This document shows, in pieces, positions 23,183-31,507 of a DNA stretch of 32,000 nt. Under the pieces are notes generated by a model that searched no databases, had not been told where the DNA came from, and saw only the letters and a program-made list of their open reading frames with translations. Position 1 is the first letter of the stretch. Each line of letters starts with the position of its first letter. The DNA comes from an uncultured Chloroflexia bacterium (GTDB taxonomy: Bacteria; Chloroflexota; Ktedonobacteria; Ktedonobacterales; JADMIN01), in assembly GCA_963718915.1 (NCBI GenBank), contig CAVRAI010000013.1, positions 150,001 to 182,000 on the forward strand, read 5' to 3'. Both the position numbers and the translations under genes were made by a program.

Positions 23183-25570
23183 CTAATTCCGCACAGGCCG
23201 CCCAGTGCGCAGGAATGTCTCGATGCGCTCCTGCGTCTTCGGCATCCCCGCCAGGCTGACGAACGCCTCACGCTCCAGGTCGAGAATATCCTGCTCGGTG
23301 AGCGTGTCGTTCGCCGAGGCGGCTCCGCCGGTTAGCACATAGGCCAGCTTGCTCGCCACTACCGCGTCATGCTCCGAGACCTTGCCCTGGAGCCTGAGGT
23401 TTTCCACCTGCTGCTCCAGCACCAGCCGACCGCCCTCACCGGGCAGGCGGAAGGTTGGCGGCTCCGGCGGTTTCCACTCGCCTTTGTCCTTCGCCTCCGC
23501 CAGCGCCAGCGCGTCGGCCTTCGCGTCGGCCAGCAGATGCTCGCGGTCCAGCGTGATCGCGTCGGTCTTGCGCAGGAAGCCATAGGACATCGCATCGGCG
23601 GCGCTCGTCGCCACAGTTGCCACCGCCACGATCTCGAAGACATGGCGCGACGCCGCGAATGGCCCACGCTCCGGGGTCATCGTTTGCCAGCGCGCCAGCA
23701 TCTCCTTGCAGCCGCCACCGGCGGGCAGCAGCCCCAGGCCAACCTCGACCAGCCCCAAATAGGTCTCCGCCGCGGCGCGCACCCTCTGCCCGTGCATCAC
23801 AATCTCGCAGCCGCCGCCCAGCACCTGCCCCACCGGCGCAACGACGACCGGAACCGGACTGTATTTGATCGTCATGTTCGCCTGCTGGAACGTCGCGACC
23901 GCCTTCTCCATCAGCGCCCACTGGCGCATCTTCGCCCCCATAATGACCTGCGCCACATTCGCCCCAACGCTGAAGTTCGGCGCGTCGTTGGCGATGACGA
24001 TGGCGCGCCAGTTTCGCTGCGCCTCCTCGACCGCCGCGCGCATCATGCCAGCCACGTCATCGTCCACCGAGTTCATCTTCGTGTGGAACTCGACGCCGAG
24101 CACGCCGTCGCCCAGATCCACCAGCGACGCGCCACGATTCTCCTTCACCACGCCGTTGCTCTTCTTGAGCACGGCCATCGTCAGCGGCGTCGCCATGGCG
24201 GGCAGCGGCTGATACATCTGTGCGGTGAAGTCGTAGTACGAGCGCGTCGGCGACTGAGTATAGAAGCTGCCCGTCCCGTTGCCCAGCAACACCTCGACCA
24301 GCGGCGGCAGCGTCCGCCCCTCGGCGGTCATCCGCTGCGCCAGCGCCGCCACGCCCAGCGCGTCCCACGTCTGGAACGGGCCAACATCCCAGTTGAAGCC
24401 CCAGCGCATCGCGTTGTCAATATTGACGATATCGTCGGCGATCTCCGGCGCGACAGTGGCGGCGTAGAGCAGGGTGTCGGCGGTCAACTCCCAGGCTAGC
24501 CTGCCCGCGCGATCAGAGGCGCTCACCACTGAGCGAATGCGCTCCAGCGGGTCGGCATTCCCCTTGACGTTATCGAGCGAGGAGAAGTGCGCCGACTCCT
24601 GCGGACGATACTCCAGCGTCGCCGGATCAATCGCCAGAATTTCCGACTTGCCACCCGCGCTCTTGACACGCTTGTAGAAGCCCTGGCCGGTCTTGTCGCC
24701 GAGCCACTTGCGCGCCACCATTTCACGCACGAACTCCGGTACGCGGAACAGCTCGCGCTGCGGGTCATCGGGCAGGTTCTCGTAGAGGTTGTCGGCGACG
24801 TGCACAAGCGTATCGATGCCCGCCAGATCAGCGGTACGGAACGCCGCCGACTTGGGCCGCCCCATCGGCTGGCCGAGAATCGCGTCCACCTCATCGATGC
24901 GATAGCCCTCGTCAAGCATCCGGCGGATGGTCGACATAAAGCCAAACGTGCCGATGCGGTTACCGATGAAGTTCGGGCGATCCTTGCAGTAGACGATCCC
25001 CTTACCCAGCCGGTCCGTGCAGAACGCGCCCATAAAAGACATCAGCTCGGGATCTGTATCTGGCCCAGGCGCCAACTCCAGTAGCTTCATGAAGCGCACC
25101 GGGTTGAAGAAGTGGGTAATCAGGAAGTGGCGGCGGAAATCCGCACTACGGCCCTCAAGGAGCATCGCCGCAGGCAGACCTGAGGTGTTTGACGAGATGA
25201 TCGTACCAGGGCGTCTGACGGTCTCGATACGCGCGTAGAGGTCACGTTTGATGTCTAGCTGCTCGAAGACCGCCTCGACGATCCAGTCCACCTCGCCCAG
25301 CTTGGCCAGGTCATCCTCGGTGTTACCTACTGTCACCAGCTTCACGCTCTTTTGCGTATAGAAGGCTGAGGCTGGTTTCGCCTTGATGGCCCGTTCCAGG
25401 CCCGTCTGCGCCACACGGTTGCGGATAGCGCGGTCGGCGCTAGTCTGTGCGTCAGGCGCGACGATATCGAGCAGCAGCACGGGGATGCCAGCGTTCGCCA
25501 GATGCGCGGCGATGCCCGCCCCCATGATGCCCGCGCCGATCACCGCCGCGCGTTGAATGTTATAGCTCAT
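23183..25570 (-). CDS. fadN: Bifunctional 3-hydroxyacyl-CoA dehydrogenase / enoyl-CoA hydratase (B. subtilis FadN-type, about 795 aa)
   Basis: The N-terminal AAVIGAGIMGAGIAAHLANAG is the NAD Rossmann fold of 3HCDH. The C-terminal crotonase-like region has NFSVGANV and VVAPVGQVLGGGCEIVMHG. The start at 25570 (MSYNIQ) has a GAGGT Shine-Dalgarno. Confidence 0.9.
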   Translation of the reverse strand: MSYNIQRAAVIGAGIMGAGIAAHLANAGIPVLLLDIVAPDAQTSADRAIRNRVAQTGLERAIKAKPASAFYTQKSVKLVTVGNTEDDLAKLGEVDWIVEAVFEQLDIKRDLYARIETVRRPGTIISSNTSGLPAAMLLEGRSADFRRHFLITHFFNPVRFMKLLELAPGPDTDPELMSFMGAFCTDRLGKGIVYCKDRPNFIGNRIGTFGFMSTIRRMLDEGYRIDEVDAILGQPMGRPKSAAFRTADLAGIDTLVHVADNLYENLPDDPQRELFRVPEFVREMVARKWLGDKTGQGFYKRVKSAGGKSEILAIDPATLEYRPQESAHFSSLDNVKGNADPLERIRSVVSASDRAGRLAWELTADTLLYAATVAPEIADDIVNIDNAMRWGFNWDVGPFQTWDALGVAALAQRMTAEGRTLPPLVEVLLGNGTGSFYTQSPTRSYYDFTAQMYQPLPAMATPLTMAVLKKSNGVVKENRGASLVDLGDGVLGVEFHTKMNSVDDDVAGMMRAAVEEAQRNWRAIVIANDAPNFSVGANVAQVIMGAKMRQWALMEKAVATFQQANMTIKYSPVPVVVAPVGQVLGGGCEIVMHGQRVRAAAETYLGLVEVGLGLLPAGGGCKEMLARWQTMTPERGPFAASRHVFEIVAVATVATSAADAMSYGFLRKTDAITLDREHLLADAKADALALAEAKDKGEWKPPEPPTFRLPGEGGRLVLEQQVENLRLQGKVSEHDAVVASKLAYVLTGGAASANDTLTEQDILDLEREAFVSLAGMPKTQERIETFLRTGRPVRN

Positions 25571-25593
25571 GATGTACCTCGCATTATGGGTCG

Positions 25594-25640
25594 CCACCCT
25601 CTCCCCAGCCCCTCCCCTAAAAGGGAGGGGAGCCAGAACC
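25594..25640 (-). repeat. REP-like G/C hairpin element, copy 5a
   Basis: CCACCCTCTCCCCAGCCCCTCCCCTAAAAGGGAGGGGAGCCAGAACC, with an 8-bp stem at 25609-25616 / 25623-25630. Confidence 0.8.
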
Positions 25641-25668
25641 AGACCCAGAGGCCACAGCGGTCGCCTCA

Positions 25669-25785
25669 GTGCCCCTCCCCGCGTCGGGGGCTGGTGCGCG
25701 AGGCGAGAGCCTCGGAGCGTGCGTCAAGCACGCGCAGCGCCAGCGGCCCGCAGGGCGGGGGTAGGGGGAGAGGGCCAGGGCCAAA
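25669..25785. repeat. Composite/degenerate REP-like block, copy 5b
   Basis: It has three parts: a hairpin of the CCCCTCCCCG-CGT-CGGGGG subtype (25672-25690), an unrelated GCGTGC-GTCAA-GCACGC hairpin (25717-25733), and the tail GGGGGTAGGGGGAGAGG (25756-25772). That tail is identical to the reverse complement of 17221-17237. Confidence 0.65.
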
Positions 25786-25788
25786 CGC

Positions 25789-26979
25789 CTACAGCCGCTC
25801 GATGATCGTGGCGACACCCTGGCCGCCACCGACGCACAGTGTCGCCATCCCCAGCCGCTTGTCCAGCGTCTCCATATCGTTCAGCAGCGTCGCGATCAGC
25901 CGCGCGCCGGTGCAGCCCAGCGGATGGCCCAGCGCAATCGCGCCACCGTGCGGATTCAACTTCTCCTCGTCGATGCCCAGCTCGCGGATGACCGCCAGCG
26001 ACTGCGCCGCGAACGCCTCGTTCAGCTCGATCACATCGATATCGCTCAGCTGGAGATTTGCGCGTTGCAGCGCCTTCTTCACCGCCTTGACCGGGCCGAT
26101 GCCCATCACCTCAGGCGCGACGCCCGCGACCGCCATCGAGATAACGCGCGCCTTCGCTGGAATGCCCAAATCGCGCGCCTTCTCCGCTGACATCAGCACG
26201 ACACCGGACGCGCCGTCGTTGAGCGGGCTGCTGTTGCCCGCCGTAACACTCCCACCAGCGATAAACGCGGGTTGGAGTGCGGCCAGCGCCTCCATCGAGG
26301 TCTCGCGGCGCGGCCCCTCATCGGTCGTGAACATCGTGCCGTCCGGCAGCTGCACCGGGACGATCTCGCGGGCAAAGATACCGCTATCAATCGCCGCCAG
26401 CGCGCGCTGATGGCTGCGTAGCGCGAACTTGTCCTGATCCTCACGGCTGATACTGTACTGCTTCGCCAGGTTCTCAGCGGTGATGCCCATCGGGATGTAC
26501 GACTGGTTGAACTCATTGCTCAACTTGCCCGGCATGCCACACAACTCGATGCCCTGGTCATTGTTGATGAGCCTGGGGTTGAAGCTCGGATTGAAGCCGC
26601 CCATCGGCACTCGCGACATGCTCTCGACGCCGCCCGCGATGATAAGGTCACCCTGACCAAGCATGATGCTCTGCGCCGCCATGTTAACCGCTTGCAAGCT
26701 ACTGGCGCAGAAACGGTTGACGGTCGTGCCGCCAGCGTCGATGGGCAGGCCCGCCAACGCAGTGGCGATACGCGCCAGATTCATCCCCTGCTCGCCTTCG
26801 GGGAAGGCGCAGCCAAGAATCACATCCTCCAGCAGCGAGGTATCCAGGTTAGGAACCCGCTCCGCCGCGGCCCGGAGCGCGACGGCGGCGAGATCATCGG
26901 CGCGCACCGTGCGTAACGCGCCCTTGCCCGCGCGCCCAATCGGGGTGCGCACGGCGCTGACTATGACTGCTTCTGGCAT
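25789..26979 (-). CDS. fadA: Acetyl-CoA C-acyltransferase (3-ketoacyl-CoA thiolase)
   Basis: MPEAVIVSAVRTPIGRAGKGAL is a thiolase N-terminus. The active-site Cys context is VNRFCASSLQA. The C-terminal NPHGGAIALGHPLGCTGARL and GMATLCVGGGQG are thiolase signatures. The start at 26979 has an AGAGAGG Shine-Dalgarno. The ORF-track 5' extension covers a REP element. Confidence 0.92.
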   Translation of the reverse strand: MPEAVIVSAVRTPIGRAGKGALRTVRADDLAAVALRAAAERVPNLDTSLLEDVILGCAFPEGEQGMNLARIATALAGLPIDAGGTTVNRFCASSLQAVNMAAQSIMLGQGDLIIAGGVESMSRVPMGGFNPSFNPRLINNDQGIELCGMPGKLSNEFNQSYIPMGITAENLAKQYSISREDQDKFALRSHQRALAAIDSGIFAREIVPVQLPDGTMFTTDEGPRRETSMEALAALQPAFIAGGSVTAGNSSPLNDGASGVVLMSAEKARDLGIPAKARVISMAVAGVAPEVMGIGPVKAVKKALQRANLQLSDIDVIELNEAFAAQSLAVIRELGIDEEKLNPHGGAIALGHPLGCTGARLIATLLNDMETLDKRLGMATLCVGGGQGVATIIERL

Positions 26980-26997
26980 CGCAAGCCTCTCTATCGT

Positions 26998-27041
26998 TCT
27001 GGCTCCCCCTCTCCCACTAGGAGAGGGTCTGGGGGTGAGGT
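26998..27041 (+). repeat. REP-like G/C hairpin element, copy 6 (between the thioesterase gene and fadA)
   Basis: TCTGGCTCCCCCTCTCCCACTAGGAGAGGGTCTGGGGGTGAGGT. Confidence 0.85.
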
Positions 27042-27047
27042 AAGTAA

Positions 27048-27500
27048 CTAGCGTGGCTTCAACAGCACCCATTCAACGGTCATCTCGGAAATCGTCTGGC
27101 CAGCGCTATCAAATACCTGTACTGGAATCGTAAAGCGCGCCTTGCCCGCCTCCGCCACCTGCGCGCGAACCATTTCCTGATTGGCGCGCGAGAACTGCGA
27201 GACGGCGCGCAGATCGCCTCTTCCAGGCCGGACATAGGTAATCGAGGCGGCTGCCGCTATTGGCGCGTAGCCCTCGGCGGTCAGATCGCCGAAAGCCGCG
27301 AGCACCAGCCCGCCGGACGCCACCTCGCCCAGCCCAAACTGCGCCACCGCGTGAACTGTACCAACATGGTTCAGCCGCTCCTGCGCGGCAGGCAGAATCG
27401 CCTCAGCTGACTCGGCGTCAACCGCGGAGACATGCGCGCCAACATGATGAGCGAATGGCACCTGCTCAAACAATGTCCGGTCTATCGCCGTCGCATCCAT
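27048..27500 (-). CDS. Hotdog-fold thioesterase (PaaI/YiiD_C-like)
   Basis: 150-aa protein. The segment ERLNHVGTVHAVAQFGLGEVASGG aligns with the PaaI-type N-x-x-G-x-x-H-G-G region (partly diverged). Size and context fit an acyl-CoA thioesterase. The start at 27500 has a GGAAGGAG Shine-Dalgarno 8 nt upstream. Confidence 0.7.
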   Translation of the reverse strand: MDATAIDRTLFEQVPFAHHVGAHVSAVDAESAEAILPAAQERLNHVGTVHAVAQFGLGEVASGGLVLAAFGDLTAEGYAPIAAAASITYVRPGRGDLRAVSQFSRANQEMVRAQVAEAGKARFTIPVQVFDSAGQTISEMTVEWVLLKPR

Positions 27501-27538
27501 CGGGGATGCTCCTTCCATTTCGTCTCTCGCATATTCGC

Positions 27539-27586
27539 TCTGGTCTCCTCCTCTCTTCGCGGGAGAGGGGGATGTGGGTGAGGTCC
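27539..27586 (+). repeat. REP-like G/C hairpin element, copy 7 (between fadE and the thioesterase gene)
   Basis: TCTGGTCTCCTCCTCTCTTCGCGGGAGAGGGGGATGTGGGTGAGGTCC. Confidence 0.85.
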
Positions 27587-27596
27587 GCGTGGGCGC

Positions 27597-29372
27597 CTAC
27601 AGCGGATAGGCGCCCTTCTCGGTGACGATGCCCGCCAGCTCGCGCTGCAGGGGCACGATGTCAATCGAGGGATCGCCCAGATAACGGCGAATCTTTGCCA
27701 GCTCGTCACGGCGCTCGTCGCCCTCGAAGGTCATCGTCAGCGCGCCTTCCATTGCCGCGCGCGCCTCCGGCAGCAGCCTCAGCACCACCATCTGCGCCAG
27801 CAGCGCGTGCGTGTGCGCGTCCACGCCCCCCGCCTGCACCGCTTCGAGCGCGCGCCCGACCGCACTATCCATCGCGTAAAGCGCGATCATCTGGTTGGCG
27901 GCGAATTCGAGGAACTCCTGCTCCTCCTCCATCGTCGACATGAACTTCATCGCGCCCTTCATCACCGAGTAGATCGCGGCGCGCTTGGCACGCTCCACCA
28001 GGTTGACACACTCGCGCAGCGCGTCGGGCGTCTGCGCATCGGCGAAGTCGGCTGCCTGTCCACTCGATACCTGCGCCTCGACCTCCGGGAAGACCGAGAA
28101 AATGTCAATCTTGTTCGCCATCGCCCGGCGGAAGAGCGTCCCCGCCGTTACCAGACGGTTGACCTCGTTCGTCCCCTCGAAGATACGGTTGATGCGGTTG
28201 TCGCGGTAGACGTGCGAGATGGGGTACTCATCCATGAAGCCATAACCACCAAAGACCTGGACACCTTCATCGGCGCAGCGCGCCAGCGCCTCAGTTCCGA
28301 ATACCTTGGCGATGGAGCACTCGATGGCGTATTCCTCGATGGCGGCCAGTTGCGCCTGCCGATCCTCGCCCGCCGCCACGCGCGCATCTTCCACCATGCC
28401 CACGGTGCGCAGCGCCAAGGTTTCTGCCGCATAGACATCGGCGGCCATGTTGGCCAGCTTTTTCTTAATCATGCCGAAGCCCGCGAGCGGACGCCCAAAC
28501 GCTTTGCGCTCGTTGGCATAGGCGGCAGCCATGTCGAGGCACGAGCGCGCGCCGCCAGCGCTGCCCAGCCCGAGCTTCAACCGGCCGATGTTCAGGATAT
28601 TGAAGGCAATCTTGTAGCCTTTGCCAATCTCGCCGAGCACGTTCTCGACTGGTACCTGCACATTGTCGAAGTAGACCGTGCGCGTGGACGAGCCTTTGAT
28701 GCCCACCTTTTTCTCTTCGGCGCCCGTCGAGACACCAGGCCAGGCCGTCTCAACGATAAATCCGGTGTGCTTGGTGTCATCTACCTTGGCGAAGACGACC
28801 ATCACATCGGCAAAGCCTGCGTTGGAGATCCACTGCTTCGCGCCGTTGAGGATGTAGTGCTTGCCATCCTCAGAGAGCGTCGCTCGCGTGCGAATCGACA
28901 TGGCGTCCGACCCGACACCCGGCTCGGTCAGCGCGTAGGCGCCGATCAACTCGCCGGTCGCGAGTTTGGGCAGGTACTGGCGTTTCTGCGCGTCAGTGCC
29001 GTAGAAGACAATGGGCAGGGTGCCGATAGTGGTGTGAGCGCCGTGGGCCACGGCAAACGAGGCCTGGCGCATCTCGCTCGCAACCAGACTGCTGACGACC
29101 AGGCCAAGGTCAGCGCCGCCGTACTCCTCCGGCACGTCGATCATCAAGAGGCCCTGCTCGCCCGCCAGCTTGACTAGCGACGGCATCAACCCCGGCTCCT
29201 GCGCGTCGATCTCGTCCGACTTCGGCGTCACCTCACGCGCGACAAAGGTCGCCGCAGACTGCTGGATGTCGCGCTGCTCGTCGTTCAGCTTCTCCGCAGT
29301 GAGGAAATGCGCCTCCGTCACCGGCGTCATGAGGTAACTGGCCCCCGTCTCGGCCTTCGACTCTGTTGCCAT
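27597..29372 (-). CDS. fadE: Acyl-CoA dehydrogenase, long (about 590 aa) FadE/YusJ type
   Basis: ACAD N-terminal and middle domains (GAYALTEPGVGSDA, QWISNAGFADV) and the catalytic-base region YGFMDEYPISHVYRDNRINRIFEGTNEV. The extra C-terminal helical domain is typical of the Bacillus FadE type. The start at 29372 has an AAGGAGG Shine-Dalgarno. Confidence 0.9.
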   Translation of the reverse strand: MATESKAETGASYLMTPVTEAHFLTAEKLNDEQRDIQQSAATFVAREVTPKSDEIDAQEPGLMPSLVKLAGEQGLLMIDVPEEYGGADLGLVVSSLVASEMRQASFAVAHGAHTTIGTLPIVFYGTDAQKRQYLPKLATGELIGAYALTEPGVGSDAMSIRTRATLSEDGKHYILNGAKQWISNAGFADVMVVFAKVDDTKHTGFIVETAWPGVSTGAEEKKVGIKGSSTRTVYFDNVQVPVENVLGEIGKGYKIAFNILNIGRLKLGLGSAGGARSCLDMAAAYANERKAFGRPLAGFGMIKKKLANMAADVYAAETLALRTVGMVEDARVAAGEDRQAQLAAIEEYAIECSIAKVFGTEALARCADEGVQVFGGYGFMDEYPISHVYRDNRINRIFEGTNEVNRLVTAGTLFRRAMANKIDIFSVFPEVEAQVSSGQAADFADAQTPDALRECVNLVERAKRAAIYSVMKGAMKFMSTMEEEQEFLEFAANQMIALYAMDSAVGRALEAVQAGGVDAHTHALLAQMVVLRLLPEARAAMEGALTMTFEGDERRDELAKIRRYLGDPSIDIVPLQRELAGIVTEKGAYPL

Positions 29373-29539
29373 AGTTCCCGCCTCCTTTGTTGCGATGTTG
29401 ATGTCGGTTGAGCGATTGTCCGCAGCGTTCATGCTACGGAGAATTTCGCGCTAATCACCGGGCCTTCTGGCTCCGGCCCACTTCCCCAAAAACATTATCC
29501 GCTGGGCCGCCTCTTACACTGAGCCACTTTCTGACAGAG

Positions 29540-31351
29540 CTATGTTGCCGGTTTCTCCGCCGTGGAGGAGCTCATCTCGGCAATCGCCTCATCGCGCAGC
29601 ACGCGCCGTATCACCTTGCCAATGAGGCTCTTGGGCAACTCATCGCGGAAGACGAACTGCTTCGGTACCTTGTAAATTGCCAACCGCTCGCTGCAAAAAT
29701 CGCTCAACTCCTCGGCTGTCGCGTGCTGGCCCGGCTTCAACACAATGTAGGCGCGCACAGTCTCGCCGCGATAGGCATCGGGCACGCCTATGACCGCTGC
29801 CTCCTGTACCGCCGGATGCGCAAAAAGCGCCTCCTCGACATCGCGCGGGAAGATTTTGTAGCCGCCAGCGATGATGATGTCCTTGATCCGGTCGACTATG
29901 GTAAAGTAGCCATCCTCACTCATGACGCCGATATCGCCAGTACGCAGCCAGCCGTCTATCATGACCCTGGCCGTCTCGTCGGAGCGCTGCCAGTAGCCTT
30001 GCATCACCTGAGGCCCACGCACGACGATCTCCCCTGCCTCTCCCGGCGCGACGAATTCGCCACGCTCGTTGTCGAAGATGGCGCTGTCGGTGTTTGAGAG
30101 CGGCAGGCCGATGGTTCCGATACGCCGGTCACCAAACACAGGATTACAGTGTGTCACGGGTGAGGCCTCAGTCAACCCATAACCTTCGACGACGCGAGCG
30201 CCCGAGACCGCCTCAAACCGTGTCTGCACCTCCCTGGGCAGCGGCGCGGAGCCGCTTATGCAGACCTGGATCGAGCTGAGATCCTGCTTCGTCTTTTCCA
30301 CCTCACGCGCGAGCGCCAGATACATGGTCGGCACGCCTGGGAAGAGATCGGGACGATATCTCTTGATCGCCTTCAGTGTATCTTTCACTGTGAAGCGCGG
30401 CAGCAGCGCCATCGTCGAACCGCTGTAGATCGTCAGGTTCATGGCGACTGTTAGCCCGTAGACATGGAAGAACGGCGCGACACAGAGCGAGATGTGGCGC
30501 GAGCCTGCGGGCAGGTCATTCCATGCCCAGCACTGCAACGCATTCGCCAGCAGGTTCCGGTGCGAGAGCTTCGCGCCTTTCGCCACGCCCGTGGTTCCGC
30601 CGGTATATTGCAACACCGCGAGATCATCCGGCGCCGCTGGCTCAGGCAGGGCAAATACCTCGAACCCGTGACGCCCGTGCGACGGCCCGATGACATCCAG
30701 GAACGTATGGCTGCCGGGCTGAGCGCGGAAGGCTTTCATATCAACCTTCGGCTTCCCACGCTGCTCGCGGGCCTGCGCAACTCTGTAGCCAAGCGCCAGA
30801 AGCGGTGGGAAGTAGTCGGCGACATTCGCAAGGATGACATGCTCGACTGGGGTGCGTTCGCGAATAGGGGCAAACGCGGGGTAGAACTGATCGAGCATGA
30901 CAATCACCCGCGCGCCCGAATCACTGAGTTGATGCTCCAGTTCAGGCGGAGTATAGAGCGGATTGGTCGGCACGACAACCGCCCCGGCCTTGAGCGCGCC
31001 ATAGAAGGCAATGGGGAACTGCGGCGTATTTGGTAGACAGATCGAGATGCGGTCGCCACGCCTGATGCCCAGCCGCACAAGCGCGCGGGCGAAGCGTTCG
31101 ATGAGCGAGGCCAGCTGGAGGTAGGTCAATCGCGTGCCGTAGTACTCGACGGCGATATTTGCCCCATATTTCCGCGCCGCCTCGTCGATCAACCACGTCA
31201 GCGGCTGCTCAGGGATACTGACCGTCGCGGGCACGCTTGCTGAGTAATGAGCCTGCCACGGGCGCTTCATATACGCTGAGAGAGCGTCATCGCTCGATCC
31301 TTTGCGCGCTGGCGCCTTCGTATGTGCCTGACGCTCGTCGTCCATTGCCAT
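29540..31351 (-). CDS. fadD: Long-chain fatty acid-CoA ligase (AMP-binding enzyme)
   Basis: AMP-binding motifs LQYTGGTTGVAKGAKLSHRN (P-loop-like A3), YGLTE (A5), TGDIGVMSEDGYFTIVDRIKD (A8) and the C-terminal PKSLIGKVIRR (A10 Lys). The start is set at ATG 31351 (MAMDDE), with a GAGAGGTG Shine-Dalgarno. Confidence 0.9.
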   Translation of the reverse strand: MAMDDERQAHTKAPARKGSSDDALSAYMKRPWQAHYSASVPATVSIPEQPLTWLIDEAARKYGANIAVEYYGTRLTYLQLASLIERFARALVRLGIRRGDRISICLPNTPQFPIAFYGALKAGAVVVPTNPLYTPPELEHQLSDSGARVIVMLDQFYPAFAPIRERTPVEHVILANVADYFPPLLALGYRVAQAREQRGKPKVDMKAFRAQPGSHTFLDVIGPSHGRHGFEVFALPEPAAPDDLAVLQYTGGTTGVAKGAKLSHRNLLANALQCWAWNDLPAGSRHISLCVAPFFHVYGLTVAMNLTIYSGSTMALLPRFTVKDTLKAIKRYRPDLFPGVPTMYLALAREVEKTKQDLSSIQVCISGSAPLPREVQTRFEAVSGARVVEGYGLTEASPVTHCNPVFGDRRIGTIGLPLSNTDSAIFDNERGEFVAPGEAGEIVVRGPQVMQGYWQRSDETARVMIDGWLRTGDIGVMSEDGYFTIVDRIKDIIIAGGYKIFPRDVEEALFAHPAVQEAAVIGVPDAYRGETVRAYIVLKPGQHATAEELSDFCSERLAIYKVPKQFVFRDELPKSLIGKVIRRVLRDEAIAEMSSSTAEKPAT

Positions 31352-31394
31352 AACACCTCTCTGTGGATCGGATTGTGGCGGCAATATAGGAGTT

Positions 31395-31400
31395 ATTATA
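31395..31400 (-). promoter_or_regulatory. Candidate -10 box (perfect TATAAT on the minus strand) for fadD
   Basis: The minus strand reads AATTCTATAATAACTCC, 44 nt upstream of the fadD start, in the most AT-rich stretch of the window. No good -35 was found. Confidence 0.35.
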
Positions 31401-31428
31401 GAATTTGCGACGGGCGAATGGCGTGTAG

Positions 31429-31472
31429 CCAGCTAACGATTCAAATACGGTATACTAGACCCCAGCTAACAA
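31429..31472. promoter_or_regulatory. Direct repeat CCAGCTAAC(G/A)A x2 flanking a TATACT box in the fadD/regulator divergent region (possible operator)
   Basis: CCAGCTAACGA (31429-31439) and CCAGCTAACAA (31462-31472) are 33 bp apart, about three helical turns. TATACT lies at 31451-31456, between them. Confidence 0.3.
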
Positions 31473-31507
31473 CTTCGCGGTTGGGATTCAGGAAGGCGGT
31501 GTGACGC

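Noticed and set aside
23369-24499. Long antisense ORFs opposite well-supported genes: 23369-24499 (376 aa, opposite fadN), 27807-29177 (456 aa, opposite fadE), 25502-26410 (302 aa, opposite fadA), 20625-21338 and 21899-22597 (opposite the PrimPol-helicase gene), 16427-16960 and 16721-17182 (over the dehydrogenase gene) and 13168-13761 (over the GT87-like gene).
   Set aside because: Their translations are Arg/Ala/Pro/Gly-rich and low in complexity, with no motifs I recognise. Each overlaps a gene with strong family signatures on the other strand or in another frame. Shadow ORFs of this kind are expected in GC-rich DNA.
26980-27072. N-terminal extensions in the ORF track: fadA to 27072, nth to 8406, the island small ORF to 22929, pruA to 3117, fadN to 25597, the dehydrogenase from 16107, fadE to 29432, and the membrane protein to 7574.
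   Set aside because: In each case an internal ATG with a good Shine-Dalgarno coincides with the start of family homology. The extensions either run through REP-like repeats (giving GEGLGVR-type peptides) or overlap the neighbouring gene.
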